This document shows positions 15,823-25,027 of a stretch of DNA of 64,000 nt, in pieces. Position 1 is the stretch's first letter, and the number at the start of each line of letters is the position of its first letter. The DNA is from a virus. The position numbers and the translations under genes are program-made. The DNA lies in IMG/VR virus record IMGVR_UViG_3300016474_000049, positions 1-64,000 of that record. One strand, given 5' to 3'. The notes under the pieces are model-generated. The model did no database searches, was not told the DNA's origin, and saw only the letters and a program-made list of their open reading frames with translations.

Positions 15823-18627
15823 ATGTCGGCGCTTGAGTTGTTATCTGCGGTGCATGCACCGGAGGGGTGGCGCTGTGTAGTAGGTATAAAGAACAAACGG
15901 GTCATCAAGAGATTTGTTGAATCTGCTGAAGAAGTTATAGAGGCGGGGCAGCAGTTGGTGGACGATGGGTTTGATGCTTACTATGCCTGCGCTACGTTCA
16001 AGGAACCAACAACAAGGTCAGGAGATAACACTAAAGAATTTCGTGCGCTATGGTTAGATATAGATTGTGGAGCAGATAAACCTTACGAGGATCAGCAGCA
16101 AGGTATTGTTGCGCTCAAGAATTTTTGTAAGGACAACGCTTTACCTAGACCGACGCTTGTCAACAGTGGGCGCGGTATACACGCATACTGGACATTCAAA
16201 ACCCCAGTGGCACCTGCTGTATGGCAACCCGCTGCGGATAGGTTAAAGGCGTTATGTGAGGAAGGGTTTCTTAGTGCTGACCCTGCGTGCACGGCAGACA
16301 AAGCGCGGATATTGCGCCTGCCGGATACAAAGAACTTTAAAGACCCAGATGCTCCGCTTGATGTAACGCTGCTGTATAGAAGCGAGCCAGTTAATTTTGA
16401 GGAGTTAAGGCAAACACTTGGCGTTTTAGTTTTTAAGGAAGAAGTACCAGACTTCCTACCACGTCAAGTCAACGAGCTAACAAAGTCGCTTGCCAATAAC
16501 CGTGAGTTTCATTTCAAGACAATCTTGATTAAGACGAATCGGGATACTGGCTGTAACCAGATTAAATATATAACAACACATCAGCAGGAGATGGCTGAGC
16601 CGATATGGAGGGCGGGACTTTCAGTTGCACAGTTTTGCGTAGACAGAGATGTGGCGATACACGCCATATCAAAAAACTACGAGCATTACGATCCAAACGA
16701 GACCGAGAAGAAGGCTAACCGAATCAAAGGTCCATATAGTTGCGCAACGTTTGAGAAGTTTAACCCCGGCGGGTGTGAAGGGTGCATACACAAAGGCAAG
16801 GTCAAGAGTCCTATCTTACTTGGGCTTGAGATCGCTGAAGCTACAACCAATCAAATTATTGAAGAAGTTAAGAACGATGAGCCTGCGATTGTTCACTCCG
16901 TACCCGAATTTCCGTTTCCGTATTTTAGAGGTAAAGCAGGGGGTGTTTATAAGCGTCCGATCTCGGATGAGGAGGACGCGCAGGTTGTATACGAACACGA
17001 TCTTTATGTCATCCGAAGGATGGTGCATCCAAATGAAGGCGAGATGGTGGTGTTCAAACTTCATCTACCGCAGGATGGAGTAAAGGAATTTTCTGTACCG
17101 CTTACGTCAGTCATCGTCAAAGAAAAGCTACGTGAAGCGTTAGCAGAAAAGGGAGTAGCAGCAACAGCCAAGCAACAAGAACTACTGCTTGGGTACATCA
17201 TGGCATTCGTTAAAGAGTTACAAGTAAGCAGAAAGGCAGATAAAATGAGGACACAATTTGGATGGTGCGACGGTGACAGCAAGTTCATCGTTGGCGATAG
17301 AGAGATCACAGCAACGGGCATTCACTACAGCCCCCCATCAGCATCCACCGATCAGTTCGCGCCAAACATGGTGGCAATAGGCGAGTTCGATAAATGGAAG
17401 GAATGCTTTAACGTTTACGGTAAGGAAGGGTTGGAACCCTATGCTTATGCTGCGTTAACAGCATTCGGTAGCCCCCTACTAAAGTTTACTGGGATTCGTG
17501 GTGCTGCTATCAACTTAATCAGTGGCGACTCAGGCCCAGGTAAATCAACAATCCTTCGTGTAATTAACAGCGTTGTTGGCAAACCCACAGAGCTTATGTC
17601 GATGTGGAAAGACACGCAGAATGCGGTCGCTCGCAAGCTCGCTATTTTTAATAACTTATGCCACACCTACGATGAAGTTACCAAGGTTCCGGCAGAAGAC
17701 ATTGGGTCGCACCTGTATCAAGTAACCCAAGGTCGTGACAAAGAACGAGCACAGGCAAGCGTCAACCAACTTAGATCCAACACCGAGCGGTGGGAACTCA
17801 TAGAGATTATGACTTCTAACGCCAGTCTTTACGACAAGCTGCAAATCGCTAGAGACTCGGTGGATGGTGAGATGATGCGGGTCTTTGAGTATGTCATTTA
17901 CAGCAGTGGGATTGATGAGCGATACGCCAAGCAGATGTTTGATGTGCAGCTAGAAAACAATTACGGGCATGCAGCGGACATTTACTTTTCCTACCTTGTC
18001 AGCAACAAGGACTACGTCATCAACATGGTGCGTTCAGTCCAAGCCAAGATTGATAAGGAAGTTCGTCTGACATCTCGTGAACGTTTCTGGTCTGCACTTA
18101 TTGCCTGCAATATCGCAGGGGGGCTTATCGCCAAAGAGCTTGGGTTGCATGACTTCAACATGCGGAACATTTATGTATGGGTCACTGAGCAGATCCATGT
18201 TCTGCGTCAGCATGTGCGCCCCCCGCTTGATAACGTTGCGAGTGTGATCGGTGATTACATCGGCAGGCATATGCAGAACATCCTCGTCGTCAATGCAGAG
18301 GTTGACTCGCGCACACAGATGTCTTCTGCACCTATATTAGAACCAAAGGGTCCGCTGTATATACGCTATGAACCAGACAGCAAGCGGATGTATATCAATG
18401 CTAAACACTTCAGGACAGACTGCGCCAAGGCACAAATAACTTATAGGGAGCTTATTCGTAAGTTGGAAAGCGATAAGGTGCTGATTACCTCTGAGGTTAA
18501 ACGCATCACCAAAGGCATGAAAGTCACAGCGCCACCTGTCTATTGCCTAGTGTTTGATTGCACGAACGGCAACTTCCTCGATGTTGAAGAAATGATTGTC
18601 CCCGCCGATGCTAGTGCATCAAATTAA
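15823..18627 (+). CDS. primase-polymerase (AEP) fused to SF3/D5-like helicase
   Basis: AEP motifs LWLDIDCG and NSGRGIHAYW, a central Cys motif CATFEKFNPGGCEGCIHKG, Walker A GDSGPGKST and Walker B-like LCHTYDEV. Confidence 0.9.
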   Translation: MSALELLSAVHAPEGWRCVVGIKNKRVIKRFVESAEEVIEAGQQLVDDGFDAYYACATFKEPTTRSGDNTKEFRALWLDIDCGADKPYEDQQQGIVALKNFCKDNALPRPTLVNSGRGIHAYWTFKTPVAPAVWQPAADRLKALCEEGFLSADPACTADKARILRLPDTKNFKDPDAPLDVTLLYRSEPVNFEELRQTLGVLVFKEEVPDFLPRQVNELTKSLANNREFHFKTILIKTNRDTGCNQIKYITTHQQEMAEPIWRAGLSVAQFCVDRDVAIHAISKNYEHYDPNETEKKANRIKGPYSCATFEKFNPGGCEGCIHKGKVKSPILLGLEIAEATTNQIIEEVKNDEPAIVHSVPEFPFPYFRGKAGGVYKRPISDEEDAQVVYEHDLYVIRRMVHPNEGEMVVFKLHLPQDGVKEFSVPLTSVIVKEKLREALAEKGVAATAKQQELLLGYIMAFVKELQVSRKADKMRTQFGWCDGDSKFIVGDREITATGIHYSPPSASTDQFAPNMVAIGEFDKWKECFNVYGKEGLEPYAYAALTAFGSPLLKFTGIRGAAINLISGDSGPGKSTILRVINSVVGKPTELMSMWKDTQNAVARKLAIFNNLCHTYDEVTKVPAEDIGSHLYQVTQGRDKERAQASVNQLRSNTERWELIEIMTSNASLYDKLQIARDSVDGEMMRVFEYVIYSSGIDERYAKQMFDVQLENNYGHAADIYFSYLVSNKDYVINMVRSVQAKIDKEVRLTSRERFWSALIACNIAGGLIAKELGLHDFNMRNIYVWVTEQIHVLRQHVRPPLDNVASVIGDYIGRHMQNILVVNAEVDSRTQMSSAPILEPKGPLYIRYEPDSKRMYINAKHFRTDCAKAQITYRELIRKLESDKVLITSEVKRITKGMKVTAPPVYCLVFDCTNGNFLDVEEMIVPADASASN

Positions 18628-18802
18628 CTTCAACGTCAACTGGCGCAACTTCGTAAAGGGTAGTTCGTTTTTTATACCCTGCTTGGATTGCGCCAAGGCA
18701 AAAGCTACGATCCGTGAGGAGATGCGGCGGATGCGCTTTAAAGTTGTTATGAAGACAGTTATAGAGGAAGGTATACAGGGGGTTCGCGTTTGGAGAGTTT
18801 AA
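18608..18802 (+). CDS. hypothetical small protein (64 aa)
   Basis: ATG at 18608 (the track start at 18596 is TTG). Overlaps the primase 3' end by 20 nt and is the last + strand ORF before the terminator. Confidence 0.4.
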   Translation: MLVHQINFNVNWRNFVKGSSFFIPCLDCAKAKATIREEMRRMRFKVVMKTVIEEGIQGVRVWRV

Positions 18803-18862
18803 CTGTATACTCCATCGCTGTAGTCCATGCTGTCTCCTCAGACTCACGACGAGTCTTTCCAT

Positions 18863-18890
18863 CCCCGCCCTCCCTCGCGGGGATTTTTTT
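18863..18890 (+). terminator. rho-independent terminator at the convergence of the early and late blocks
   Basis: CCCCGC (18863-68), 8-nt loop, GCGGGG (18877-82), then A and a T7 run (18884-90). The T run abuts the stop codon of the - strand 2045-aa gene. Confidence 0.8.
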
Positions 18891-21800
18891 ACTCTTTAGC
18901 TCTCAGCTCTAAGAGTTCGCGTCGGTTCATCGGGTTGGCTATATACAACCCTTGGTCTACGGTACGTTCCTGCCTACGCCTAGCTTGTTCCGACTGCATA
19001 ATCGTTGCACCTGTGATGCGACGATTGGGGAATTTTTTATTGAACTTCTCAATATCTTCCTCAACATCCTCGGGTTCCTCGTCAGAGATACCCCGCCGCG
19101 CATAGACCGAACGCTTCAGCAGTTCTGTGCGCTCTTCCTCCCGTTCCTGCTCTAGCTTCTTAAGCTTAAAGTTCTCAGTCTGTTTTGCAGAAACTTTGAC
19201 TGGCGAGTATCCAATACTCTGCATGGCGATGTCCATCCAGTTCAAATCTTCTTTAGCTACAACTTCATACCCTTTTGGAGTCTTTACTCCTTCTTCGCTG
19301 AAACGATACGCTTTCAGCGGTTGCCTGATGAACGCAGGCATCATGGTCTCGATAGCCCTCTCGGTTTGCCCTTCTTTAAATCTGTCATAGGCACGTTGGG
19401 CATTTTCAAACATACCGAAGCTTGGGCCGAGCAACCCTTTAAATTCCCAATCTTGGAAGAACAGATCGTTAAGCTTGACCCGCGAGTTGAAGTCTGCACC
19501 TGTTAGCCCAGTGACCGGACCCATAGCGACGTAGGTTGCTACGTTAGCGCCAAAGTTTTCAGATAGCCACTTCTTAAACCAGAGATCAAATCCATACTTA
19601 CGTATCTGGAAGGCTGCACTGTCTTCATCATCGTCGTCATCGTCAAATGCGCTTAACACTTTTTCGGCAACGGTGGACATCACGGTGTACAACGGCATAC
19701 CTGTCAAACCTGCAAACATACCCGTCATACCCAGTGTGCCGAAGAAGCGCGTTGCGGCTTGCTTCCTAATCGTAGGATCTGCACCTTTAAACATCTGCAA
19801 GAAATTAGTCGTGAGATAAAACGCCGTGTTCTGCGAAAACTTCTTGAATTGAAATATGGTTCTGCCGATTGGCCCACGGAAGTATCTGGGCGTATCAAAC
19901 ATGGAGTAGTCATACATCGCATCGTGCGTTAGGTCTAAAGCTTTTTTGGTAGCTTCATCATGCGACAAACCTTGACTACGCCCCAGACGATACGCAGCCA
20001 TAGCCATCATTTCACGGGGGAGTTGTTCCGTCATGGAGAACAACGTAGAGACAGCATCGGTTGCAGCCTGCACGGGTACTTTTAAGATGTTAGGGTTAGT
20101 AGCTTCCTGAGAAGGAGACTTGACGATATTGAGCAAGTCCATCGAGCGATTGAATGAGAAAAGATTGTCAGCCGCAAACTCATCGTAGGCTTTAATCTCA
20201 TCAGCATTGGTCAACGCATTGCGTATGGAAGGCATTACATATTCGGTCTTACCATCAACCTTGCGGCGGAACCCAACTTCCTTGTAAACATTCATGAACC
20301 GCACAAGCTCTTTGTGCACATCCTTTGCGCCGCCGGGGGTCTTGCCATACTCAGCAAGCAGTGTGGGGTAACCAAACACAGGCAACGAAGTCATGTTCGT
20401 CAAAGCAGACGAGATGGAACTCATGTAGTAAAAGAAGTTGAGCGTCGATAGTCCGTTGGCTGCAAAGTTCAGGATAGAGTTTTCGTTCTTAGAATTAACA
20501 GCAGCGTCAAAGTCGGCTGCTACTTCTTCAATATAAGGACGGTACTTAGCTGCGTCGGGGTCATCTTTGATGGACTCTCTTGCTTCGTCGAGTGTATTGA
20601 CGATCTGGGGTTGGTACTCCATCTTGGCAAGTTGATTGGACATACGGAAACCCGCAGTGCCAAAGTTCCGTAGCGCGTCTGCACTGAAACCTGCTGTGTT
20701 TTTACGGTGGATAAACTGTTTGCGGAAGCTCTTTTCTGGCAGCGTGAGCAGATACATCTGATAGATCTCATCCTTGATCGATGCCTTATCGGTATCGATG
20801 CCTAACTTATCTACGGCAGCAAGAACTTCTTTGAGCTTTGTTGTATCAGCAAAGCTTTCTTCCATCATGTTCCTAAGTTGGTCACCCCGCTTAAGCGTAC
20901 CGTCGGCGTATAAATCCTTCAGCGGCTTGCCCATCTCCTTAGCTCTGCGGATGGCGAATCGGTTGCGCTCCGAGGCAGACTCAAACATATAAAACTCCAT
21001 GTCCTTGCCTTCGCCAACACGCAACCAGTTCTCTCCATATCTCATAAGAGGGAAGTAAGGCTGAGCTACGTTGCCTGCTTCAAATTGTTTTTTGAGTAGA
21101 TCCATGAACTTGGTTTTCTCCTCATCGGAGATCCCCATTGCTTCAACACGTTTCTTTAAAAGATCCCTGTATGTTTCGTACTGTTTAGCGTAGTAGTCAC
21201 GCACATCAATATAAATTTTGCGCCCCGGTTCACCAAGCTTTTCCCACATATCATCCAATGTATCTGACTGCGGCGTAGATGCAAGACGGTCTTTACCAGG
21301 GATGCTTGGGTCTATGCCGTTAACCGTAGCGAGGTGCATGATGGTGGCAAGCAACTGACTTTGTTCACGGTCGCTGCGCTGAAGCTTAAGCCACGGCTTC
21401 ATGATGTCTTTCATTTCATCAACATACTTCTGGCGCTTAGCGTTGAACTTCCTACCAAGATCGACTACACGAGTAAGTGCGGGGACTTTTTCTGCAACAA
21501 GTTTTGCAAGTTGGCTAGGAGTGAACGCACCAAGAATATGTTTCCTTGCGCCAGACATTGCACCTTCTGCAATAGCACCAGCAAGCTCAGCCTGACTAGA
21601 CACATCCATGCCGTTAGCAATCGCCTGATCAAGCAGCGATACGGATGGGCCTTGGCTACGGGGCGTTCTGATTACGTCGTTAGCATATTTAACTTGTACA
21701 TCGGCAGCGGTTCGCACATCACTTTTCTGCTTTAGAGCTTGTAATGTAGCTACAGCCTCTTTAACAGGAGCAGATTTTGGCGCTTGGAGTTCTATGGCTT

Positions 21801-24800
21801 CTTCGGTAAGAGCGATTAAATTAATCAGCGCGGACTCATCAGACTTACTAAGCCCAACCATCCTACGAATCCAATCTACAAACGCAGTAAACGCATTTGT
21901 TTTTCCGTAAGGGATAGAGCTTAAAAAGTCTTGAAACTTTATATCAGTCATGCCATAGGCAAGGAACTCATTAATGTCTGTTAGCGCCCCACCATCAAAC
22001 ACTTTATATAAAGGCGTAATTAGACGCGCTTCTCGTGAATAAAAATCTTGCGTCGCCTCAATCTCATCCACCTTTTGGCGCACAGCATCCATTAAGTTTT
22101 CAAGCTTGGAAACCAAGACAGCACGAGGGTCAGTAGATTTTGGATCTTGGTTGCGAAGGGCGATCCCTTCTTTGAGTTTCCGTGCCGTACCAGCATGCAG
22201 CAATTCATGCAGCACAGTATGATTGTTTATACCTTGGGTGTCGCCGTAGTTAGCGCCAGCTACATAGATAGTAGGTTTTTTGTTTGTGCCTAAGAGGTCT
22301 CCATTCATAGAATAGATTCCTCTAGCGAACACTTCGTTATCGGGGTCTTCAAAAAAATCAATAAGTGCTCTGGGGGACTTTTCGTTGATAACAACGAAGT
22401 CAACACCTTTCATAGAACCTATAAGCTTTTTGGCTATATAGCCCTCATACCCACTACCATTCTTTATAAGATACTGAGCAGCATCGGTAGCGTTATTTAT
22501 TTTTTCGTACGACGGGTTAGGCGAGCTTTTTATAACAGTCTTTACTTGCTTTAATACCTCTGGCTTTACGAACGTACGTTTTTTCTTAACGGTTACTGTT
22601 GGTGCAGGACCAGCAGGTTTAGTTTCTTGTACAGGCGGTGCTTCTTCCAGCTCGGTAATTTTTTGTTCAAAGTCAGGCGTTATGCCAGCCCTAGCACCTT
22701 TAACTCTAGTCTCTATTAATTTCCTAATATCTATAGGCGCACGGTTGAACTGCTCTTCAGCCAGACTCTTGACGCGAGTGTTTGCAAACTTAGGCGTTGT
22801 GCTTATAGCATGAAGGATTTCAAGTGCGGGATAGATATTTTCATAGAAACTTTTACGCAAGACAGCTTGCGCTTCGGGGTTAGCTGTCTGTGATTTAATA
22901 ATGTTATCGAGCGTTTGTTTTTCAAACACAGTTTCGTATGTTTTCCTTGGGCCTTTTGGAGTTTCGGGCCTTGGGCCAAAGAACCTATCGAGTTGAACAG
23001 CAAGTCCTTCCTCACCGGTATCAACCTGCTTCTTAGTCGAAGTAATAAGACGTTCAAAGAAATTAAGGACGCTAGTTTCATCTTTTTTCTGTATTGCTCT
23101 AGCAGTCTTTTCTTCTTCAGTAAGCTTGGGTTTAGGGCCACGCTTAGCTTGAGGTTCTGCTGGAATTCCTGTGACATTTGCAACAGCTTCTTTTAACGTC
23201 TTACCCACAGGTGTTACCACACCATCGTCTTCACGCACCCATTGATCATCTCTGCGGATAATCTGAACCTTTTCACCGTTAGATAGTTCTAGGTTCTTTA
23301 TACTTTCTCCGGCTGCATTCTTACCACTAGGCTGTTTAACGACTTTGACAGGTTTGGCTGCTGCGGCAGGCTTTGCCACTTCTGTTCCTTCAACAGGCGC
23401 TGCTGCTCCTTCTTCTTTTGCTTGCTTGGTTTCAGTGGGCGTAGTGACACTGGGGGTTTCCTCTTTAATTTCAACAGGCGGTTCTTTTACTGCACCGGAT
23501 GGTACTTCTTCTCCTCGTACAGTTGCTTCAGCAGGTAATGCAGTGCGTTCCACTCTAGCGGCGACAGGTGGTTCAACTCCTGCGGCGGGTACTCCTCGTT
23601 CGGGTTCGCTAGGAATTGAAACGCTCTCTCCACCTCCTTGTTCGATAGTTGCAGCAGCATCTTGCGCCTCCTTAGCAGCTTCGGTTTGAACTTCTGCAAG
23701 TTCTTCTTTGGCCTGTTCAAGCTCTTGGTCATTTCGTTCCTCTTCCGCAGCCTGAGCAGCGGCTTTTATTTTTGCTTGATCGGGAGGCTCCCCCGCAGCA
23801 ATATAGTCATCCGTTAATTCATCAATACGCGCAGTGATTGCATCCGCTTTAACAGCAGCTTCAGCAACTTTTTGTTCGGGCGTAACAACTTCTTTCTGGG
23901 GTACTGCGGCAACTTTTGCCGCTTGCTCTGTCTCAATCTTGGTTTGCAGCGCAGCAAGATCCTGCTCGTTACCTCCTCTGCCACGGGCGATCTGCATAGC
24001 TTCTCTAGCAGATAAAGTCCCACCTAACACTCCACCAGCAAGAGCTTCTAACGTAGCAGCACCCAACACACCACGCATAGTCGGAGTTTCAGCTAATGCT
24101 TTGACACCCTCAGCCTCACCAACACGTTGCAGTGCAATATTTTCTGCGAGCTTTTCCTGCCCTGCTTGAGCAAACTCAGGAGCGGCTTCTTTGCCAGTCT
24201 CCGCAAGAACTTTTTTAGTCGCAGCCCCTGCACCTGTTTTAGCAGCCGCAGCTCCTGCTGCTTCCTTAGCAGCTACATTCGTAGTAATTTTCTTTGTTAG
24301 CGCACCTACAAGCTGCTTCTCAACCCCAGTGCGTCCAGCGACCGCGCCAAGACCGGCACCTGCAAGAATCATATCTAGATTTTTGCCACCATATTCTTGC
24401 GCTTTTAATGCAGTCTCTTCCGCTTTCTTTTCATCAACACCAGCTTCTTTTAGTGCTTTCTTGGTTTCTTCATAAATCGTACCTTTGACAGTACCTGCAC
24501 CCATAATAGCGCCAAGACCAAGCGCAGTGCCTCCAGTAATAACAGCGGCGGGTACACTAGCAGGGGCACTTAATGTAGCTAGCACAGTAGCCGCAACCGC
24601 AGGAGCGGCGGTGCCTAAAGCAGAAGAAAGCAAATCTACAGGGGCAACGGTAAATGCTTTAAACGCAGCCTTTACATTCTCAAGAGCACCCTTGTCTTCG
24701 GCTTCCTTCATGATCCTAGCAACTTCTTTAGAATCATTCTTAGATTGCGCCGACATCAGACCAGCTATGTAGTCTTCGGCACCTTTAATTGTTTTTGAAG

Positions 24801-25026
24801 TTTCGCTACCTGCACCAAAAGCATCCGCAATCATACGGACACCTTGCGTAGCCCCCTTAGCAATACTTAAAGGTACGTCAGCAACTTGACGGAATACAGA
24901 CTCATCTTCTTCAACAGGTGGACGGCCAACCCTAGATTTTTGCGAAGCAAGCCATTCTTCCGGCGACATTGGACGCGGCTGCGCCGCAGAACTTTTTTGC
25001 GAAGCAAGCCACTCTTGAGGGGACAT
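18889..25026 (-). CDS. giant virion-associated (internal/ejection-type) protein with zincin-like HExxH motif, 2045 aa
   Basis: Uninterrupted 6.1-kb ORF at the end of the late operon. N-terminal tandem MSP(Q/E)EWLASQKS, Ala/Gly-rich hydrophobic segments, HELLH encoded at 22195-22209 with a downstream INEFLAYG. The role is inferred from size and position. Confidence 0.85.
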   Translation of the reverse strand: MSPQEWLASQKSSAAQPRPMSPEEWLASQKSRVGRPPVEEDESVFRQVADVPLSIAKGATQGVRMIADAFGAGSETSKTIKGAEDYIAGLMSAQSKNDSKEVARIMKEAEDKGALENVKAAFKAFTVAPVDLLSSALGTAAPAVAATVLATLSAPASVPAAVITGGTALGLGAIMGAGTVKGTIYEETKKALKEAGVDEKKAEETALKAQEYGGKNLDMILAGAGLGAVAGRTGVEKQLVGALTKKITTNVAAKEAAGAAAAKTGAGAATKKVLAETGKEAAPEFAQAGQEKLAENIALQRVGEAEGVKALAETPTMRGVLGAATLEALAGGVLGGTLSAREAMQIARGRGGNEQDLAALQTKIETEQAAKVAAVPQKEVVTPEQKVAEAAVKADAITARIDELTDDYIAAGEPPDQAKIKAAAQAAEEERNDQELEQAKEELAEVQTEAAKEAQDAAATIEQGGGESVSIPSEPERGVPAAGVEPPVAARVERTALPAEATVRGEEVPSGAVKEPPVEIKEETPSVTTPTETKQAKEEGAAAPVEGTEVAKPAAAAKPVKVVKQPSGKNAAGESIKNLELSNGEKVQIIRRDDQWVREDDGVVTPVGKTLKEAVANVTGIPAEPQAKRGPKPKLTEEEKTARAIQKKDETSVLNFFERLITSTKKQVDTGEEGLAVQLDRFFGPRPETPKGPRKTYETVFEKQTLDNIIKSQTANPEAQAVLRKSFYENIYPALEILHAISTTPKFANTRVKSLAEEQFNRAPIDIRKLIETRVKGARAGITPDFEQKITELEEAPPVQETKPAGPAPTVTVKKKRTFVKPEVLKQVKTVIKSSPNPSYEKINNATDAAQYLIKNGSGYEGYIAKKLIGSMKGVDFVVINEKSPRALIDFFEDPDNEVFARGIYSMNGDLLGTNKKPTIYVAGANYGDTQGINNHTVLHELLHAGTARKLKEGIALRNQDPKSTDPRAVLVSKLENLMDAVRQKVDEIEATQDFYSREARLITPLYKVFDGGALTDINEFLAYGMTDIKFQDFLSSIPYGKTNAFTAFVDWIRRMVGLSKSDESALINLIALTEEAIELQAPKSAPVKEAVATLQALKQKSDVRTAADVQVKYANDVIRTPRSQGPSVSLLDQAIANGMDVSSQAELAGAIAEGAMSGARKHILGAFTPSQLAKLVAEKVPALTRVVDLGRKFNAKRQKYVDEMKDIMKPWLKLQRSDREQSQLLATIMHLATVNGIDPSIPGKDRLASTPQSDTLDDMWEKLGEPGRKIYIDVRDYYAKQYETYRDLLKKRVEAMGISDEEKTKFMDLLKKQFEAGNVAQPYFPLMRYGENWLRVGEGKDMEFYMFESASERNRFAIRRAKEMGKPLKDLYADGTLKRGDQLRNMMEESFADTTKLKEVLAAVDKLGIDTDKASIKDEIYQMYLLTLPEKSFRKQFIHRKNTAGFSADALRNFGTAGFRMSNQLAKMEYQPQIVNTLDEARESIKDDPDAAKYRPYIEEVAADFDAAVNSKNENSILNFAANGLSTLNFFYYMSSISSALTNMTSLPVFGYPTLLAEYGKTPGGAKDVHKELVRFMNVYKEVGFRRKVDGKTEYVMPSIRNALTNADEIKAYDEFAADNLFSFNRSMDLLNIVKSPSQEATNPNILKVPVQAATDAVSTLFSMTEQLPREMMAMAAYRLGRSQGLSHDEATKKALDLTHDAMYDYSMFDTPRYFRGPIGRTIFQFKKFSQNTAFYLTTNFLQMFKGADPTIRKQAATRFFGTLGMTGMFAGLTGMPLYTVMSTVAEKVLSAFDDDDDDEDSAAFQIRKYGFDLWFKKWLSENFGANVATYVAMGPVTGLTGADFNSRVKLNDLFFQDWEFKGLLGPSFGMFENAQRAYDRFKEGQTERAIETMMPAFIRQPLKAYRFSEEGVKTPKGYEVVAKEDLNWMDIAMQSIGYSPVKVSAKQTENFKLKKLEQEREEERTELLKRSVYARRGISDEEPEDVEEDIEKFNKKFPNRRITGATIMQSEQARRRQERTVDQGLYIANPMNRRELLELRAKE

Positions 25027-25027
25027 A

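Noticed and set aside
23345-24772. Ala/Ser/Pro-rich + strand ORFs antisense to the giant gene (23345, 23834, 24191, 24485)
   Set aside because: These are mirror frames of an Ala/Glu/Lys-rich coding region. The uninterrupted 6.1-kb - strand ORF explains the region.
18889-25026. Virion RNA polymerase (N4-like) identity for the 2045-aa protein
   Set aside because: I could not find the T7-like motif set (DxxSSxxQ, RxxxKxxxxxxYG, HDS/HDA in the right order). A lone HDA in LTHDAMYDY is not sufficient. I keep it as an internal/ejection protein of unknown activity.
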